From: an uncultured Methanoregulaceae archaeon
Lineage (GTDB): Archaea > Halobacteriota > Methanomicrobia > Methanomicrobiales > Methanospirillaceae
DNA length: 64,000 nucleotides
Direction of reading: 5' to 3'
NCBI GenBank assembly: GCA_963705255.1
Contig: OY970061.1
Location: 1,824,001-1,888,000, forward strand
In this document: piece by piece, positions 43,295 to 53,009 of the stretch
Layout: each line of letters starts with the position of its first letter
Position numbering within the stretch: the stretch's first letter is position 1
Made by a program: the position numbers and the translations under genes
The notes under the pieces: model-generated
Databases searched by the model: none
Told to the model about the DNA's origin: nothing
What the model saw: the letters and a program-made list of their open reading frames with translations, nothing else

Positions 43295-43379
43295 GCCGAG
43301 GTAGTCTAGCCCGGGAAGGCGGTAGCCTCGAAAGCTACTGGCGCTCCGCGCCTCGGGAGTTCAAATCTCCCCCTCGGCG
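43295..43379 (+). tRNA. tRNA-Ser (anticodon CGA)
   Basis: Acceptor stem GCCGAGG/CCTCGGC, anticodon arm GTAGC-CT CGA AA-GCTAC, long variable arm, T arm GGGAG-TTCAAAT-CTCCC, discriminator G; CCA not encoded. Confidence 0.95.
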
Positions 43380-43774
43380 TAAAAAATAATCGTTTTTCCA
43401 TTTCCAGGGGGTTTCCGGGTATATTCCTGCCACGACCGTCTTTTTGTGTATACCAGATCCCTTTTCACATGGTACCCCACCCCCGGAGGCATTCCAGAGA
43501 GCCGGACCGGCAGCAAAGGGTTCACACACTATGCTGGACAGCAGGGTGCAAAAGCACCCGGATGAGGGCCTTTCTGCCCGAATGCCACCCGACCACGGAC
43601 ATAACCCCAAAAGATAGATTAAACCGGGATATTCGTTAAAAAAATTGATATATTGTATCTTTTTCATTTCATCCCTTTTCAATAAAATTAAATAGGCCAT
43701 GTTCTAAGTATATGGTTACACGTGACAAGGATCTCCCGCATCGGGATTGTCATGCCGGGGTATGGTGAACAAGG

Positions 43775-43978
43775 GTGATCCGGATAAAACCAAACAAACC
43801 AGCAATTTCACCGGAAGTGAGGTCTTTTCGCGCCATACGCAGACTGAACCTTAACCGCACCTATATGCCTCTGAAGATTGGTGCGATAGTGGGGTATATC
43901 CTCCTTGGTATGCTGTCAGCATCCACCTCCATGTTCGGTATCCTCGTCGGCGCGGCCCTCCGCATCGTAGGGTTATAA
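43775..43978 (+). CDS. Possible small membrane protein
   Basis: 67 aa with a basic N-terminus and hydrophobic C-terminus; follows an AT-rich promoter-like stretch and precedes T tracts. Confidence 0.35.
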   Translation: MIRIKPNKPAISPEVRSFRAIRRLNLNRTYMPLKIGAIVGYILLGMLSASTSMFGILVGAALRIVGL

Positions 43979-44214
43979 CCGGTACTATTCATCTTTTCAG
44001 GGATGTCTCTTTTTGGTCCGGCGAATTTTCTGGATCACGGCAGGGCAGAAGGCAACAGCCGGGCATCGTGCGTGCCACGTGAACGGTATGGGATGGATCC
44101 CTCGGGATCCGGGATCGCTATTGAGACTGTAGGAAAAATGCAAGGATCCCCCGGATAACCCCCTCTATATTCAGTGGTTTCCCGGAAAAAACACAGGTGA
44201 TCCAGGAAGATCGA

Positions 44215-44655
44215 TCAGACCACCGTCACCGTTCCCGGTTCATTCATCTGGACCAGACACGTGTAGGGATATACCCCCGGAGTATCAAACTTCTGGCTGA
44301 AAGACTGGCCTGAGCTGATGAGAGGGGATTGGAACTGCCTATCGGCAAACTGGATCCGGTGTGCGGTGCCGGTGTCTTCATTAGACCACCTGACCGTCGA
44401 ACCTACGCCTACGGTTATGTCTGGCTGGCTGAGCCGGTTATTTATGATCGTAATATCCGGTTCCGAAGGTGTTATTTCCGCGGTCACGAGAGACGTCGGC
44501 TGATGCGCTGGTGTGGTGGGTTTTGCCGTCGTTACTATCGGTGTCGGGGCAGGCGTCGCGGACTGCGTAGCCGGGGGTGAAGGGGATACCCCGGTGCATC
44601 CGCAGGAAAAAACCAGAAAAGCGGCCATGAACAGGAGCACAAGGATTCTTTTCAT
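44215..44655 (-). CDS. Cupredoxin/plastocyanin-like lipoprotein
   Basis: Lipobox-like FSCGC, Pro/Thr linker, ITVGVGSTVRWSNED..H and F.TPGVYPYTC; the copper-ligand loop is atypical. Confidence 0.8.
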   Translation of the reverse strand: MKRILVLLFMAAFLVFSCGCTGVSPSPPATQSATPAPTPIVTTAKPTTPAHQPTSLVTAEITPSEPDITIINNRLSQPDITVGVGSTVRWSNEDTGTAHRIQFADRQFQSPLISSGQSFSQKFDTPGVYPYTCLVQMNEPGTVTVV

Positions 44656-44677
44656 AGATGTACCTCGATAGTATGCC

Positions 44678-46843
44678 TTATAAAAAGTGATCTTCCTCCC
44701 CGTGGATGCCACCGGTCTCCGGAACCTGCAGGGTTTTTATGGCCATTTCTTCCATCCCGGCCATAAACTCCCCGATATGGTAATGGTCCGACCACACTAA
44801 TTCACAGAACATGGGTGCAGGGAGCAGCCGTCCAAATTTCCAGTTGTCCGGGGGCGGGAGGGGGAGCAGGACACCGATTTCGTGCCGGTCAAGAGTCCTG
44901 ATGGTCCGCAGCTCATCTACAATTCTTTCCGTGGCACCGGTGCTGCCCGCCCCGGTAATCCTGACAATAAAATCATTGTACCTCACCCGTGCTTTGCCAC
45001 CGAGGCGTTTCCGGAGTACGAAGGCCAGCACCCGGTTGAACCTGCTTCCGTTCATGGAATAGATGAGAACCCCCGGCCTTCCGGGATCTCGTTTTCCGAT
45101 GACGTGCAGCCCGGCCTGATCGATAGCTTCCGGAATTTTTACGAGTGTTTTCTGCAGGGCATCACGCTCATCCGCCCCCAGCGGCAATACCGAGTCACGT
45201 CGTGCCAGGATCTGCTGTACCTTACGGCAGACCAGGGATGTAAGTCCTCCTTCACCGCTCCCGGTCCAGAAGGTACGCGATGTTTCGGAACCGGATGGGA
45301 CGACAACCACGAGATTGTGCCCTTCATCACACTTTATCATCGTCCAGGTACGACCGCCAAGCGAGATCTCCCCGGCATCATGGCTGTTGACAAAGCGTGC
45401 ATCAAGGTTCCCGACCACGTCCCCCTCCGGGGTCACGGCACGGTACTCGCCGCCCCCGGTTATCACCGAATAGAGGTCTCTCCAGTTCGAACGCCCGAAC
45501 TCCCGCTCCGCTTCCGTCCCCGGCATCACCATCTCCCCGTCGGTCGCGATATATCCCGAGCTGCCAAGGTACCCGATCAGCTGGTCCAGCGTCGCCGGAG
45601 TGATCCCGGAAAATACGGGATATGAGAGCATATCCGAACGGATCTTCCTGCGGCTCACTCTCGGGTGGTTGTGGAGGTAGAGGAAGACCTGCTGGAGAAG
45701 GACATTGTAGGGTCTTTTTTGCGGGACGAGATCCTCGACCTCGCCGTTCATCGCGCATTCGATGACCGCAATACTGCAAAGGAGTTCGCACGGGCCCGCG
45801 AGCACCCACGCGACGTTCGCAGGCCTGCCGCGCCTCCCGCTCCTGCCCATCCTCTGGAGAAACGAGGAGACTGAATCGGGAGGGCCGACCTGGACGACAA
45901 CATCGAGGTCCCCGATATCAATCCCGAGTTCAAGGGTGCTCGTACAGATGATACAGGCACCGTCGCCGGAGGAGAACGCCTCCTCGGCCAATCTCCTTGT
46001 TTCCGGAGAGAGAGAAGAATGGTGGACATGAAGGTTCCGGACCCTGCCGGAGAGCGATCTCACCATCTCCTCCGCACCACTCCGGCTGTTCACGAACACC
46101 AGCGCTTTTCTCCCGGATACGATCCGTACCAGCGCCTCAGTCCTCCGGCTCTCTTCCGGCTCGATGATGAACCGGAAGTGTTTCTCTTGGGGGATTGCGG
46201 GGGCAACGATCACTTCGTGGCCATGGCGGCTCTCGGACAACCAGCGGAGAACCTCTCCCGGGTTTCCGGTTGTGGCGGAGAGCCCGACACGCTGCACAGC
46301 CCGCCCGGCTATCCTGTCCATCCGGCTGAGGAGGACCCTGAGGTGTACCCCCCGCTCGGATTCCACAAACGCGTGGAGCTCGTCAACGATGATGTACCGG
46401 ACCTGCCTGAGGTCTGCCGACAGGGTCGTATCCTGCAGCAGGACCTCGAGGGACTCCGGCGTAATCATCAGGAAGTGGGGGGGTTCGCCGTCCTTCCACG
46501 AACGGTCCCCCTTTGCTACGTCGCCATGCCATTTCATGACGCTCAGGGAGGTCGGGACACAGAACGCAGAAAACCGCTCCTCCTGGTCATTGATCAGTGC
46601 CTTCAAGGGTGAGAGGTAGAGGCAGGTGACCCCGGGCCGCCCGTTTTTCAGGATGTCATCTATCACGGGGATGAGCGCTGCTTCGGACTTGCCCCCTGCC
46701 GTCGGGGCGATGACCAGCACATCGTTTCCTGAAGATACGCTTGCGAACGTCCGCTCCTGCACTTCCCGGAGCTCGGTCCATTCAAACCGCTGGGCCAGCA
46801 CCTGCTGGAGCGATTCGTGCAGTGCTGAAAATACGGATGACAC
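44678..46843 (-). CDS. Lhr-like SF2 DEAD/DEAH helicase
   Basis: APTAGGKSEA, SPLKALINDQ, ITPESLE, VDELHAF, GLSAT, TSTLELGIDIG and QRMGRSGR. Confidence 0.9.
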   Translation of the reverse strand: MSSVFSALHESLQQVLAQRFEWTELREVQERTFASVSSGNDVLVIAPTAGGKSEAALIPVIDDILKNGRPGVTCLYLSPLKALINDQEERFSAFCVPTSLSVMKWHGDVAKGDRSWKDGEPPHFLMITPESLEVLLQDTTLSADLRQVRYIIVDELHAFVESERGVHLRVLLSRMDRIAGRAVQRVGLSATTGNPGEVLRWLSESRHGHEVIVAPAIPQEKHFRFIIEPEESRRTEALVRIVSGRKALVFVNSRSGAEEMVRSLSGRVRNLHVHHSSLSPETRRLAEEAFSSGDGACIICTSTLELGIDIGDLDVVVQVGPPDSVSSFLQRMGRSGRRGRPANVAWVLAGPCELLCSIAVIECAMNGEVEDLVPQKRPYNVLLQQVFLYLHNHPRVSRRKIRSDMLSYPVFSGITPATLDQLIGYLGSSGYIATDGEMVMPGTEAEREFGRSNWRDLYSVITGGGEYRAVTPEGDVVGNLDARFVNSHDAGEISLGGRTWTMIKCDEGHNLVVVVPSGSETSRTFWTGSGEGGLTSLVCRKVQQILARRDSVLPLGADERDALQKTLVKIPEAIDQAGLHVIGKRDPGRPGVLIYSMNGSRFNRVLAFVLRKRLGGKARVRYNDFIVRITGAGSTGATERIVDELRTIRTLDRHEIGVLLPLPPPDNWKFGRLLPAPMFCELVWSDHYHIGEFMAGMEEMAIKTLQVPETGGIHGEEDHFL

Positions 46844-47009
46844 GTTTTCGTTACCAGCGTTGTGCCTGTGGTCTTATGGTCTTTCCGGATCCGCGCGACC
46901 GGGGAGTTGCCGACGGAATGTTTGAACATCCGGCCAGGGTCTGGCGGAGAGGGCGGTTCCGCCCGCCTCCCGGGAGAAACTATTTTGTCCTGAAGGTCGA
47001 GTCATAACC

Positions 47010-47342
47010 ATGGAACTCGCACAGAAAAAGTGCACAACCTACAAGGCCGGCTCCCCGCCGCTGACCCGGAAGGAGACCCTGGAACTCCTCAATGAGGTGC
47101 CCGGCTGGTCGCTCCATAACGGGCACATCACCCGCACCTTCGGGTTTTCGGATGCTGTACAGTGCATTGCATTCTTTTCAGAAGTCACCGATCTCTCGAT
47201 GCAGGAAGGCCATTTCCCGGACATCTGCATGAAGGAGTCGCGGTTCGTGGAGGTCTCGTTTTACACCTACCCTGCCGGCGGGCTCACCCCGAACGATTTC
47301 ATCCTTGCCGCAAAGCTGAACGCAAAAGGGAAAGGCCAGTAA
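47010..47342 (+). CDS. Pterin-4-alpha-carbinolamine dehydratase family protein
   Basis: VPGW..ITRTFGF, EGHFPDI and GGLTPNDFILAAKLN. Confidence 0.85.
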   Translation: MELAQKKCTTYKAGSPPLTRKETLELLNEVPGWSLHNGHITRTFGFSDAVQCIAFFSEVTDLSMQEGHFPDICMKESRFVEVSFYTYPAGGLTPNDFILAAKLNAKGKGQ

Positions 47343-47362
47343 TTTTTTTTTGGTCTACCGCA

Positions 47363-47764
47363 TCAGTCCAGCGCGAATTTCCTGATGATCTTTTCCCGGA
47401 TCGCTTCCTTGGGATACGCGCCGATGATCCGGTCTACCAGCTGCCCCTTGGAGAAGAGCATCATGGCAGGTATCGCGTCGATGTTGAACTGCATGGCGAG
47501 GCGGCGGTTGTCATCGGTGTTACACTTGCCGAACGTCACCCTGCCGGCAAACTCCTGCGAGAGCTCGTCCATGATCGGGGATATCCTCCGGCAGGGCCCG
47601 CACCATTCCGCCCAGAAATCCACCACCACGAAGGGGTGGGTGGCGATGAACTGCTGGAAATGCATCTCGTCGACATTTTGTACCCCGCCTTTTCCCGCCT
47701 GGTTCATCTTCCCGGTTATCTCCTGTATCCTCTTCTCCCGAATCCGCTGGATCTCCTCATCCAT
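47363..47764 (-). CDS. trxA: Thioredoxin
   Basis: VVDFWAEWCGPC active site. Confidence 0.95.
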   Translation of the reverse strand: MDEEIQRIREKRIQEITGKMNQAGKGGVQNVDEMHFQQFIATHPFVVVDFWAEWCGPCRRISPIMDELSQEFAGRVTFGKCNTDDNRRLAMQFNIDAIPAMMLFSKGQLVDRIIGAYPKEAIREKIIRKFALD

Positions 47765-47887
47765 GTTTCACAATATACCGGCGCTTTTCATTTAATCCTA
47801 GCGAAACCACCAATGGTGGCATGAAGTGCAAAGTGAGTAAAGTATATCAGCGAATGCCATCTATATTATTACCCTGATTTGCTGGGA

Positions 47888-47962
47888 AGCGAGGTAGGGT
47901 AGTCAGGATATCCCGACGGGCTCATAACCCGTAGATCGATGGTTCAAATCCATCCCTCGCTA
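47888..47962 (+). tRNA. Initiator tRNA-Met (CAT)
   Basis: Acceptor stem AGCGAGG/CCTCGCT with an A1-U72 pair; anticodon arm ACGGG-CT CAT AA-CCCGT with three consecutive G-C pairs; T arm GATGG-TTCAAAT-CCATC. Confidence 0.95.
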
Positions 47963-47998
47963 CTGGACTGTTCTGAAGATTTTTATCACCGAAAAAAG

Positions 47999-48807
47999 TT
48001 ATTTTCTCATTCCGATGGCGATCAATGCACCGATAACACCGATAACCGCGATCATTCCGCTCACCGGGGATTTCGTGGGTGACATGTTAAAAGGAGCCTG
48101 CGTTGCCGGGGTGCAGGTGGAATTCAGGGCTGCAAGACTCTCACGTGTACCTGAAAAGCCGGGCCACGGCAGGGTGTAATCGGGATCGATATCAAGGGAT
48201 CGCTCCAGAGCTTCCCGGGCACCCGTGCAGTTCCCGCCTGCAGCGAGGAGAACGCCTTTCACATGCCAGTAATGGGCACTTTCAGGATCAAGGGCAAGTG
48301 CCTGCTCAATTGCGGCAAGCGCCCCGGTGTTCATGCCCATGCCCTGCAGTGCCAGTGCTTTCACACTATAGGTCGCCGGGTAGGAGGCGTTGAGCGCGAT
48401 GCCGGTTTCTGCATCAGCGAGAGCAGTCTGGTAATTCCCGAGCGCGAGGTAGCCGTATCCCCGGTTGGCATACCGGACCGGTTTTGGATCCAGCAGGATG
48501 CCTTTCGACACGATATCGACCGATTTTGCGTACTGCCCCATCTTGCGGTAGCTGTAGCCCTGGATGCAGAGAAGGTCTGCATTGTCAGGGTACCATGCGA
48601 TGCCTCTTGTGGTTACGAGAAGAACATCCGTCCAGTTCCGCTCGGCTACCGCCGCTTTTGCATCGCTGATGTAGACCGAGACATTCTGCGGGGGCATTCC
48701 CGGGGAGCCTGAACCCACGGATAATGTTGCCGTGAGGGTATCCCCGGCCCCGCCGGCATGATGAGACAAATCAGGGCACCAATGATCAGCAGTTGCAGGA
48801 TTTTCAT
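47999..48807 (-). CDS. Secreted TPR-repeat protein with a C-terminal membrane anchor; frameshift near 48750
   Basis: Several TPR repeats; C-terminal PTKSP + TM + RK sorting-like signal. The signal peptide MKILQLLIIGALICLIMPA begins at 48807 in a different frame. Confidence 0.8.
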
Positions 48808-49013
48808 GGATGGTTTCCCTGTAAGTGTATTCGGTATTTGTGCCTCTTGATTTTTATTGTCGACGGTTTTGGGAGCGGTAGCTCAGGGCCTGCAGGCCAC
48901 GGAACACACACGGTTTGCCGGTCCGGATTGGGGGAGAAACCAGCACCAGTGAGGGGGAGTAAAGGCGAAGTTGACAGCAGGAACAGGAAAAGAAAGGGGA
49001 CCCGGATCTCCTG

Positions 49014-50585
49014 TCACCCGCGTTTCACCACCGTCGTCCAGTTGTTTGTGAGCAGGAGGTCCACGTCTTCATTGCACGTGTCGCAGGCGATCTTCGGGCT
49101 CTGCACGACCATGCGGAACATCACGGCATTGCCCGGGTCGGGGACGATCGGGATATCGACATCGTTCTGGATGATGTCCCGGTACGGGTCGAGGCTGCCG
49201 AAGTAGTATTCCTTCCACCGGTGGACCTGATCGGGTGTCGCGTTGTATGCCCAGTCGCCCCCCTCCGCAATGGTCACGTCCACCGGGACCCAACCATACC
49301 CGACAAGGTAGTACTCAGCCCAGAAGTGGGTTCCTTCGAGACCCGGCACGAGCTGGTACCCGCCGACGGCCCGGGCCGGGATGCCGAGCGAGCGGCAGAG
49401 TGCGGCAAAATACATGCTCTGGCTCCCGCAGTCGCCAATGCCGGTATCGAGGACGTAGGTGGATTCGGGGACGCCGGCCGCATCGAGATAGATATGCGGG
49501 GCGTGGCTGTACGGCAGGGTATTGACGATGTACCAGTAGATCATCCGGGCCTGCAGGTACGGGTTGGTCTCGTTGCCCACGATCTCCTGTGCCTTCTGCT
49601 TCATCTCCGGGGTGATGACGATGTTCTTCCCGGAAGCTGTATACTTCAGGTATTCGGGGTCGCTCGTATTGTAGGCCCTGACTTTTGCAGGGTCGATAAC
49701 GAAGCGCTGCTCGTGCTGGATGAACCCGTACCTGGTGGTGATGTTGAGGTCCTCTCCGGTCAGGTTGGAAAGCGGGACCTCCATGTACGCAAGACCGATG
49801 TCAGCCCGGGTGTCGGGCATAAATTTCACATACTGCACCGGCTCGATGGAGATGACGGTCACGTTCGTCTGGGAGCCTGAATTGATGGGTGCCGGGACCC
49901 AGAGTCTGAGAACTCCGGTCTTCGGGAGGCTGTCCACCGGGACCGAGAGCTGCTGGGTGATTTCAAAGGTGACCGGTGACCGGTAGGGTCCGCCGGCCGT
50001 AACAGGTGGGGCGAGCGTGAGGTTCTTCACTTCGTCAAAGAGGGGATCCCTGCCCGCAACCGGCAGGTCAAGCGCGAGGTCCTTCACCTCGTCATAGAAG
50101 GGGGATTTGCCCGACGCTGCGGTCATAATGCGCATCAGTGCCGGGTCGTGGTACCGGATGTTGGCGACGGTATCGTAGAAGAACCGTTCCTCTCCGTCGC
50201 TCGTTATCCTTGCCGTATCCCGGGCCGAGAGCCAAGCGTTCACCTGGTCGGCAGAGGCGTCCGGGAAGGCTGCGCGGACGGCGGCTTCTGCATCGGTGCG
50301 GTTGAGCGGGAACTCGATGATCGTGCGGTACGCGATGAACGCGTGGTTGAGGGCGTCCCGGGCAGCACTCGTATTCCCGGCCGCGGTGTACCGAGTGTAC
50401 GAGTCGTTATAGAGCCGGGCGGCGGTCTCGTAGTTCGTGTTCCGGTACGCGAGGTCGGCCTGTGCACGGAGCGCGTCTCCCGATGCTGCGGTGGAGGCAG
50501 GCTGCCCCGTGGTGCAGCCGGCGGCGAGCAGGGCAGCGGCGATCAGGACGGTCATTGCCAGGAAGAAGACGGGTTGTTGTCTCAT
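49014..50585 (-). CDS. Transglutaminase-like (Cys-His-Asp) lipoprotein
   Basis: Lipobox LAAGC; GDCGSQ..AALCRSLGIPAR, THFWAEYY and WVPVD triad. Confidence 0.88.
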   Translation of the reverse strand: MRQQPVFFLAMTVLIAAALLAAGCTTGQPASTAASGDALRAQADLAYRNTNYETAARLYNDSYTRYTAAGNTSAARDALNHAFIAYRTIIEFPLNRTDAEAAVRAAFPDASADQVNAWLSARDTARITSDGEERFFYDTVANIRYHDPALMRIMTAASGKSPFYDEVKDLALDLPVAGRDPLFDEVKNLTLAPPVTAGGPYRSPVTFEITQQLSVPVDSLPKTGVLRLWVPAPINSGSQTNVTVISIEPVQYVKFMPDTRADIGLAYMEVPLSNLTGEDLNITTRYGFIQHEQRFVIDPAKVRAYNTSDPEYLKYTASGKNIVITPEMKQKAQEIVGNETNPYLQARMIYWYIVNTLPYSHAPHIYLDAAGVPESTYVLDTGIGDCGSQSMYFAALCRSLGIPARAVGGYQLVPGLEGTHFWAEYYLVGYGWVPVDVTIAEGGDWAYNATPDQVHRWKEYYFGSLDPYRDIIQNDVDIPIVPDPGNAVMFRMVVQSPKIACDTCNEDVDLLLTNNWTTVVKRG

Positions 50586-50599
50586 GGGTCACCTTGAAC

Positions 50600-51330
50600 G
50601 GATGGGGTATAGTAAAAGGAGGCGGGGGTGGTACTTGAAGGTAGTGAAATGAGCGTGGGGTGGGGGAGGTCGATCCGGAAAAAGGGGGTTCTTTCATTTT
50701 CCAGATACTAAACCCCATCGAAAAACCGGGACGATTGCAGGCCCGCTAAATTGCAGGTTGAAAAAGTGATAAATTCAGGTAATTTCACCAAATACCAGTT
50801 TTAATCAGGATTTTCCACGCGCGTGGACACACCTTCCGGTGCAGAAAAAATGGCCTCCCTCCGTTTGCCAAAAGGAGCCCCATTTGGGCTCCGATGACTT
50901 CAACTATCCGGTGTGGGGGGGGCGTGGTACAAAATCGGGAGAGTCCCGGCCTCCCGGACGGCCCGGATTGGACCGATCTACTGATTGGGTTGTGCGGCTG
51001 GAAGATTTCCCGTGCCGATCGTGATCGTTCCGGATTTTTCCGGTCCGAACCGGTACGGGCCAAAAATAATTTTGGATCGATCTGAGTTGCGGCAAATTTT
51101 TTTTTTTGGCTAACATCTGATGAGGCAAAAAAATTTCCGACGCGGTTGGGACGTGTCTGACCCTGCGTGTTCAGATATGAAGAGCCATTTTTGGGAGGGG
51201 GGCCCGATGATTTTTTTGGATGCAATCTGAGTTGAGACGGAAAATTTTTTGGCGCGAGGGGAGATGAGCAAAATTATTTTTGGAGGCTTACCGAGCCCGA
51301 GCCGGAAAATTTTACCTGATTAGGGGAGCT
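50600..51330. repeat. Long non-coding spacer with degenerate A/T-tract repeats
   Basis: TTTGGATCGATCTGAGTTGCGGCAAATTTTTT (~51071) and TTTTGGATGCAATCTGAGTTGAGACGGAAAATTTTTT (~51213); no credible CDS. Confidence 0.5.
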
Positions 51331-51339
51331 GTCCGCTCC

Positions 51340-52014
51340 CTACCCTTTCCTCGCCACCGTCACGATGAACGTCCGGTTCCGGTACACCACGTCCACGTCA
51401 GCGAACCCGCACTCCCGCAGCCACCCGAGCTGGACTGACAACTTCTCGTTCTTGTCCAGCGTATCCCGGCGCTTCAGGATCTCGGTGTGCTGGGATTCAG
51501 TCATCGGCCCGCTCCTCAGGAAATCGTTCCAGTAGTCAAGGTACCGCTGCTGTAAATAGGGGGTCTCCCCATCCGCCTGGTCGGCATTGACAAAGATCCC
51601 CCCGGGCCGCAGCACTGCATAAATCCTCCGGAAGAGCTCCCGCTTGTCCTCTGCTGCAAGGTGATGGATCGACAGTGCCGAGCAGATGATATCGTAAGGC
51701 CCGCCCAGCTCGCCTGTAGAATAGTCGCTCACAACGTACCTGGTTTCCGGCCGGTCGGCAAACCGCTTCTTTGCCATCTCCAGCATGTTCTCGGAGATAT
51801 CCATCAGGGTCAGCCGGGCATCCGGGAACTTCTCCAGAAGAAACGCGCTCAAAAGACCGGTACCCGCCCCGACATCGAGAATTTCCGGCTGTGCCCGGGA
51901 TTCCATTGCCCAGACTGCTGCACCATAATACTGCCGCATGTCGGGGATGATATACTCCCGCTGCGAGTCATAGTCCTGCGCGAACCTGTTGAACGCCTCC
52001 CTGATATGCTCCAT
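51340..52014 (-). CDS. Class I SAM-dependent methyltransferase
   Basis: ILDVGAGTG, DISENML, SALSIHHL and LRPGGIFVNAD. Confidence 0.9.
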   Translation of the reverse strand: MEHIREAFNRFAQDYDSQREYIIPDMRQYYGAAVWAMESRAQPEILDVGAGTGLLSAFLLEKFPDARLTLMDISENMLEMAKKRFADRPETRYVVSDYSTGELGGPYDIICSALSIHHLAAEDKRELFRRIYAVLRPGGIFVNADQADGETPYLQQRYLDYWNDFLRSGPMTESQHTEILKRRDTLDKNEKLSVQLGWLRECGFADVDVVYRNRTFIVTVARKG

Positions 52015-52049
52015 GAAAAGTCCTGCCCCGGATTCGGTGGTGACCAGAA

Positions 52050-52826
52050 TCACCTATAGGTTTTCTTATTCTCCTTAAGGGACATAACCGAGGCAATGAG
52101 GCGGTCGTGGTTGTCCCTGATCGGGCGGATGGTGAGGATCACCTTCCTGCGCTTCGAGGTCGTTGTCACAATGGAGATGCCGGCATCATAGATGGAGCCT
52201 GCCATATGCTTGGTGGCCGCGGTGACCGGGTCGCTGACCTCTTCCCCATTCGTCTCGCTTACGAACATCATGACATCCCGCCAGTGCCGCATAAATGCCT
52301 CTTTGAACGATTTGTCCACAAACCACGAGGCATAGGTATTGAACAATATGACCCGGCCTCGTTTGTCCAGAATAATGATCGCCTCACTCTCACTATCCAT
52401 CATCTTCCTGGGGTTGCCAACAGGCAGATTCCCCAGCATCCTGATCCGGTCAGCGTAAATCGACAGCGCGAGATCCACGCTTGCCGTGATCTCGATTGCA
52501 GCGAACGGTTTGAAGAGGATCCCGCAGGGCTGTGCGTACGTGATGCGTGCCACCTTCGTCTCATCGGAGGTCCCCGCGATGAAGACGACCGGGACATGGA
52601 AGAGCTGGAAGATATAATGGGCCGCATCAATCGCATCCATCAGCCCGGTGAGGTTCACATCCATGACGACGAGATCGGGGGCCGCATCAATTGTTTTTAC
52701 AAGTGCTTCTTCACTGTTCCTGATCGTCCCCGCGATACTGTATCCTTTATTCTGGAGCATCGAGGACATGAGGTTTACCATGATGACATCGTCGGCGGCA
52801 AACAGGATACGGGGGGCGCGGGGCAT
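52050..52826 (-). CDS. Response regulator receiver plus PAS-domain protein
   Basis: PDLVVMDVNL phosphoacceptor, VPVVFI and FKPF; C-terminal PAS (EAIIILDKRGRVILFN). Confidence 0.87.
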   Translation of the reverse strand: MPRAPRILFAADDVIMVNLMSSMLQNKGYSIAGTIRNSEEALVKTIDAAPDLVVMDVNLTGLMDAIDAAHYIFQLFHVPVVFIAGTSDETKVARITYAQPCGILFKPFAAIEITASVDLALSIYADRIRMLGNLPVGNPRKMMDSESEAIIILDKRGRVILFNTYASWFVDKSFKEAFMRHWRDVMMFVSETNGEEVSDPVTAATKHMAGSIYDAGISIVTTTSKRRKVILTIRPIRDNHDRLIASVMSLKENKKTYR

Positions 52827-53009
52827 GGGGCACCAGATGAGCGATCAGCCTATGCTGCTAGTATCAGTATCTGATGGTTAAAAAATTGATTCCGGGAAAC
52901 CCTGCTGCAAGGAAAAAAGTTCATGAAGGGGTGCACGCCTCAAACGGAGAAAAATATTCCGGCCTGTCGGGTTCTCTTCACCGGCGGCTTACGCTTCAAA
53001 GGACCCGGA

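Noticed and set aside
43295-47962. Integrated element between tRNA-Ser and tRNA-iMet
   Set aside because: I found no integrase and no duplicated tRNA 3' end (att), and the genes have host-like composition.
50785-51225. 146-aa minus-strand ORF
   Set aside because: It crosses A/T-tract repeats, has an atypical composition and no motifs; probably spurious.
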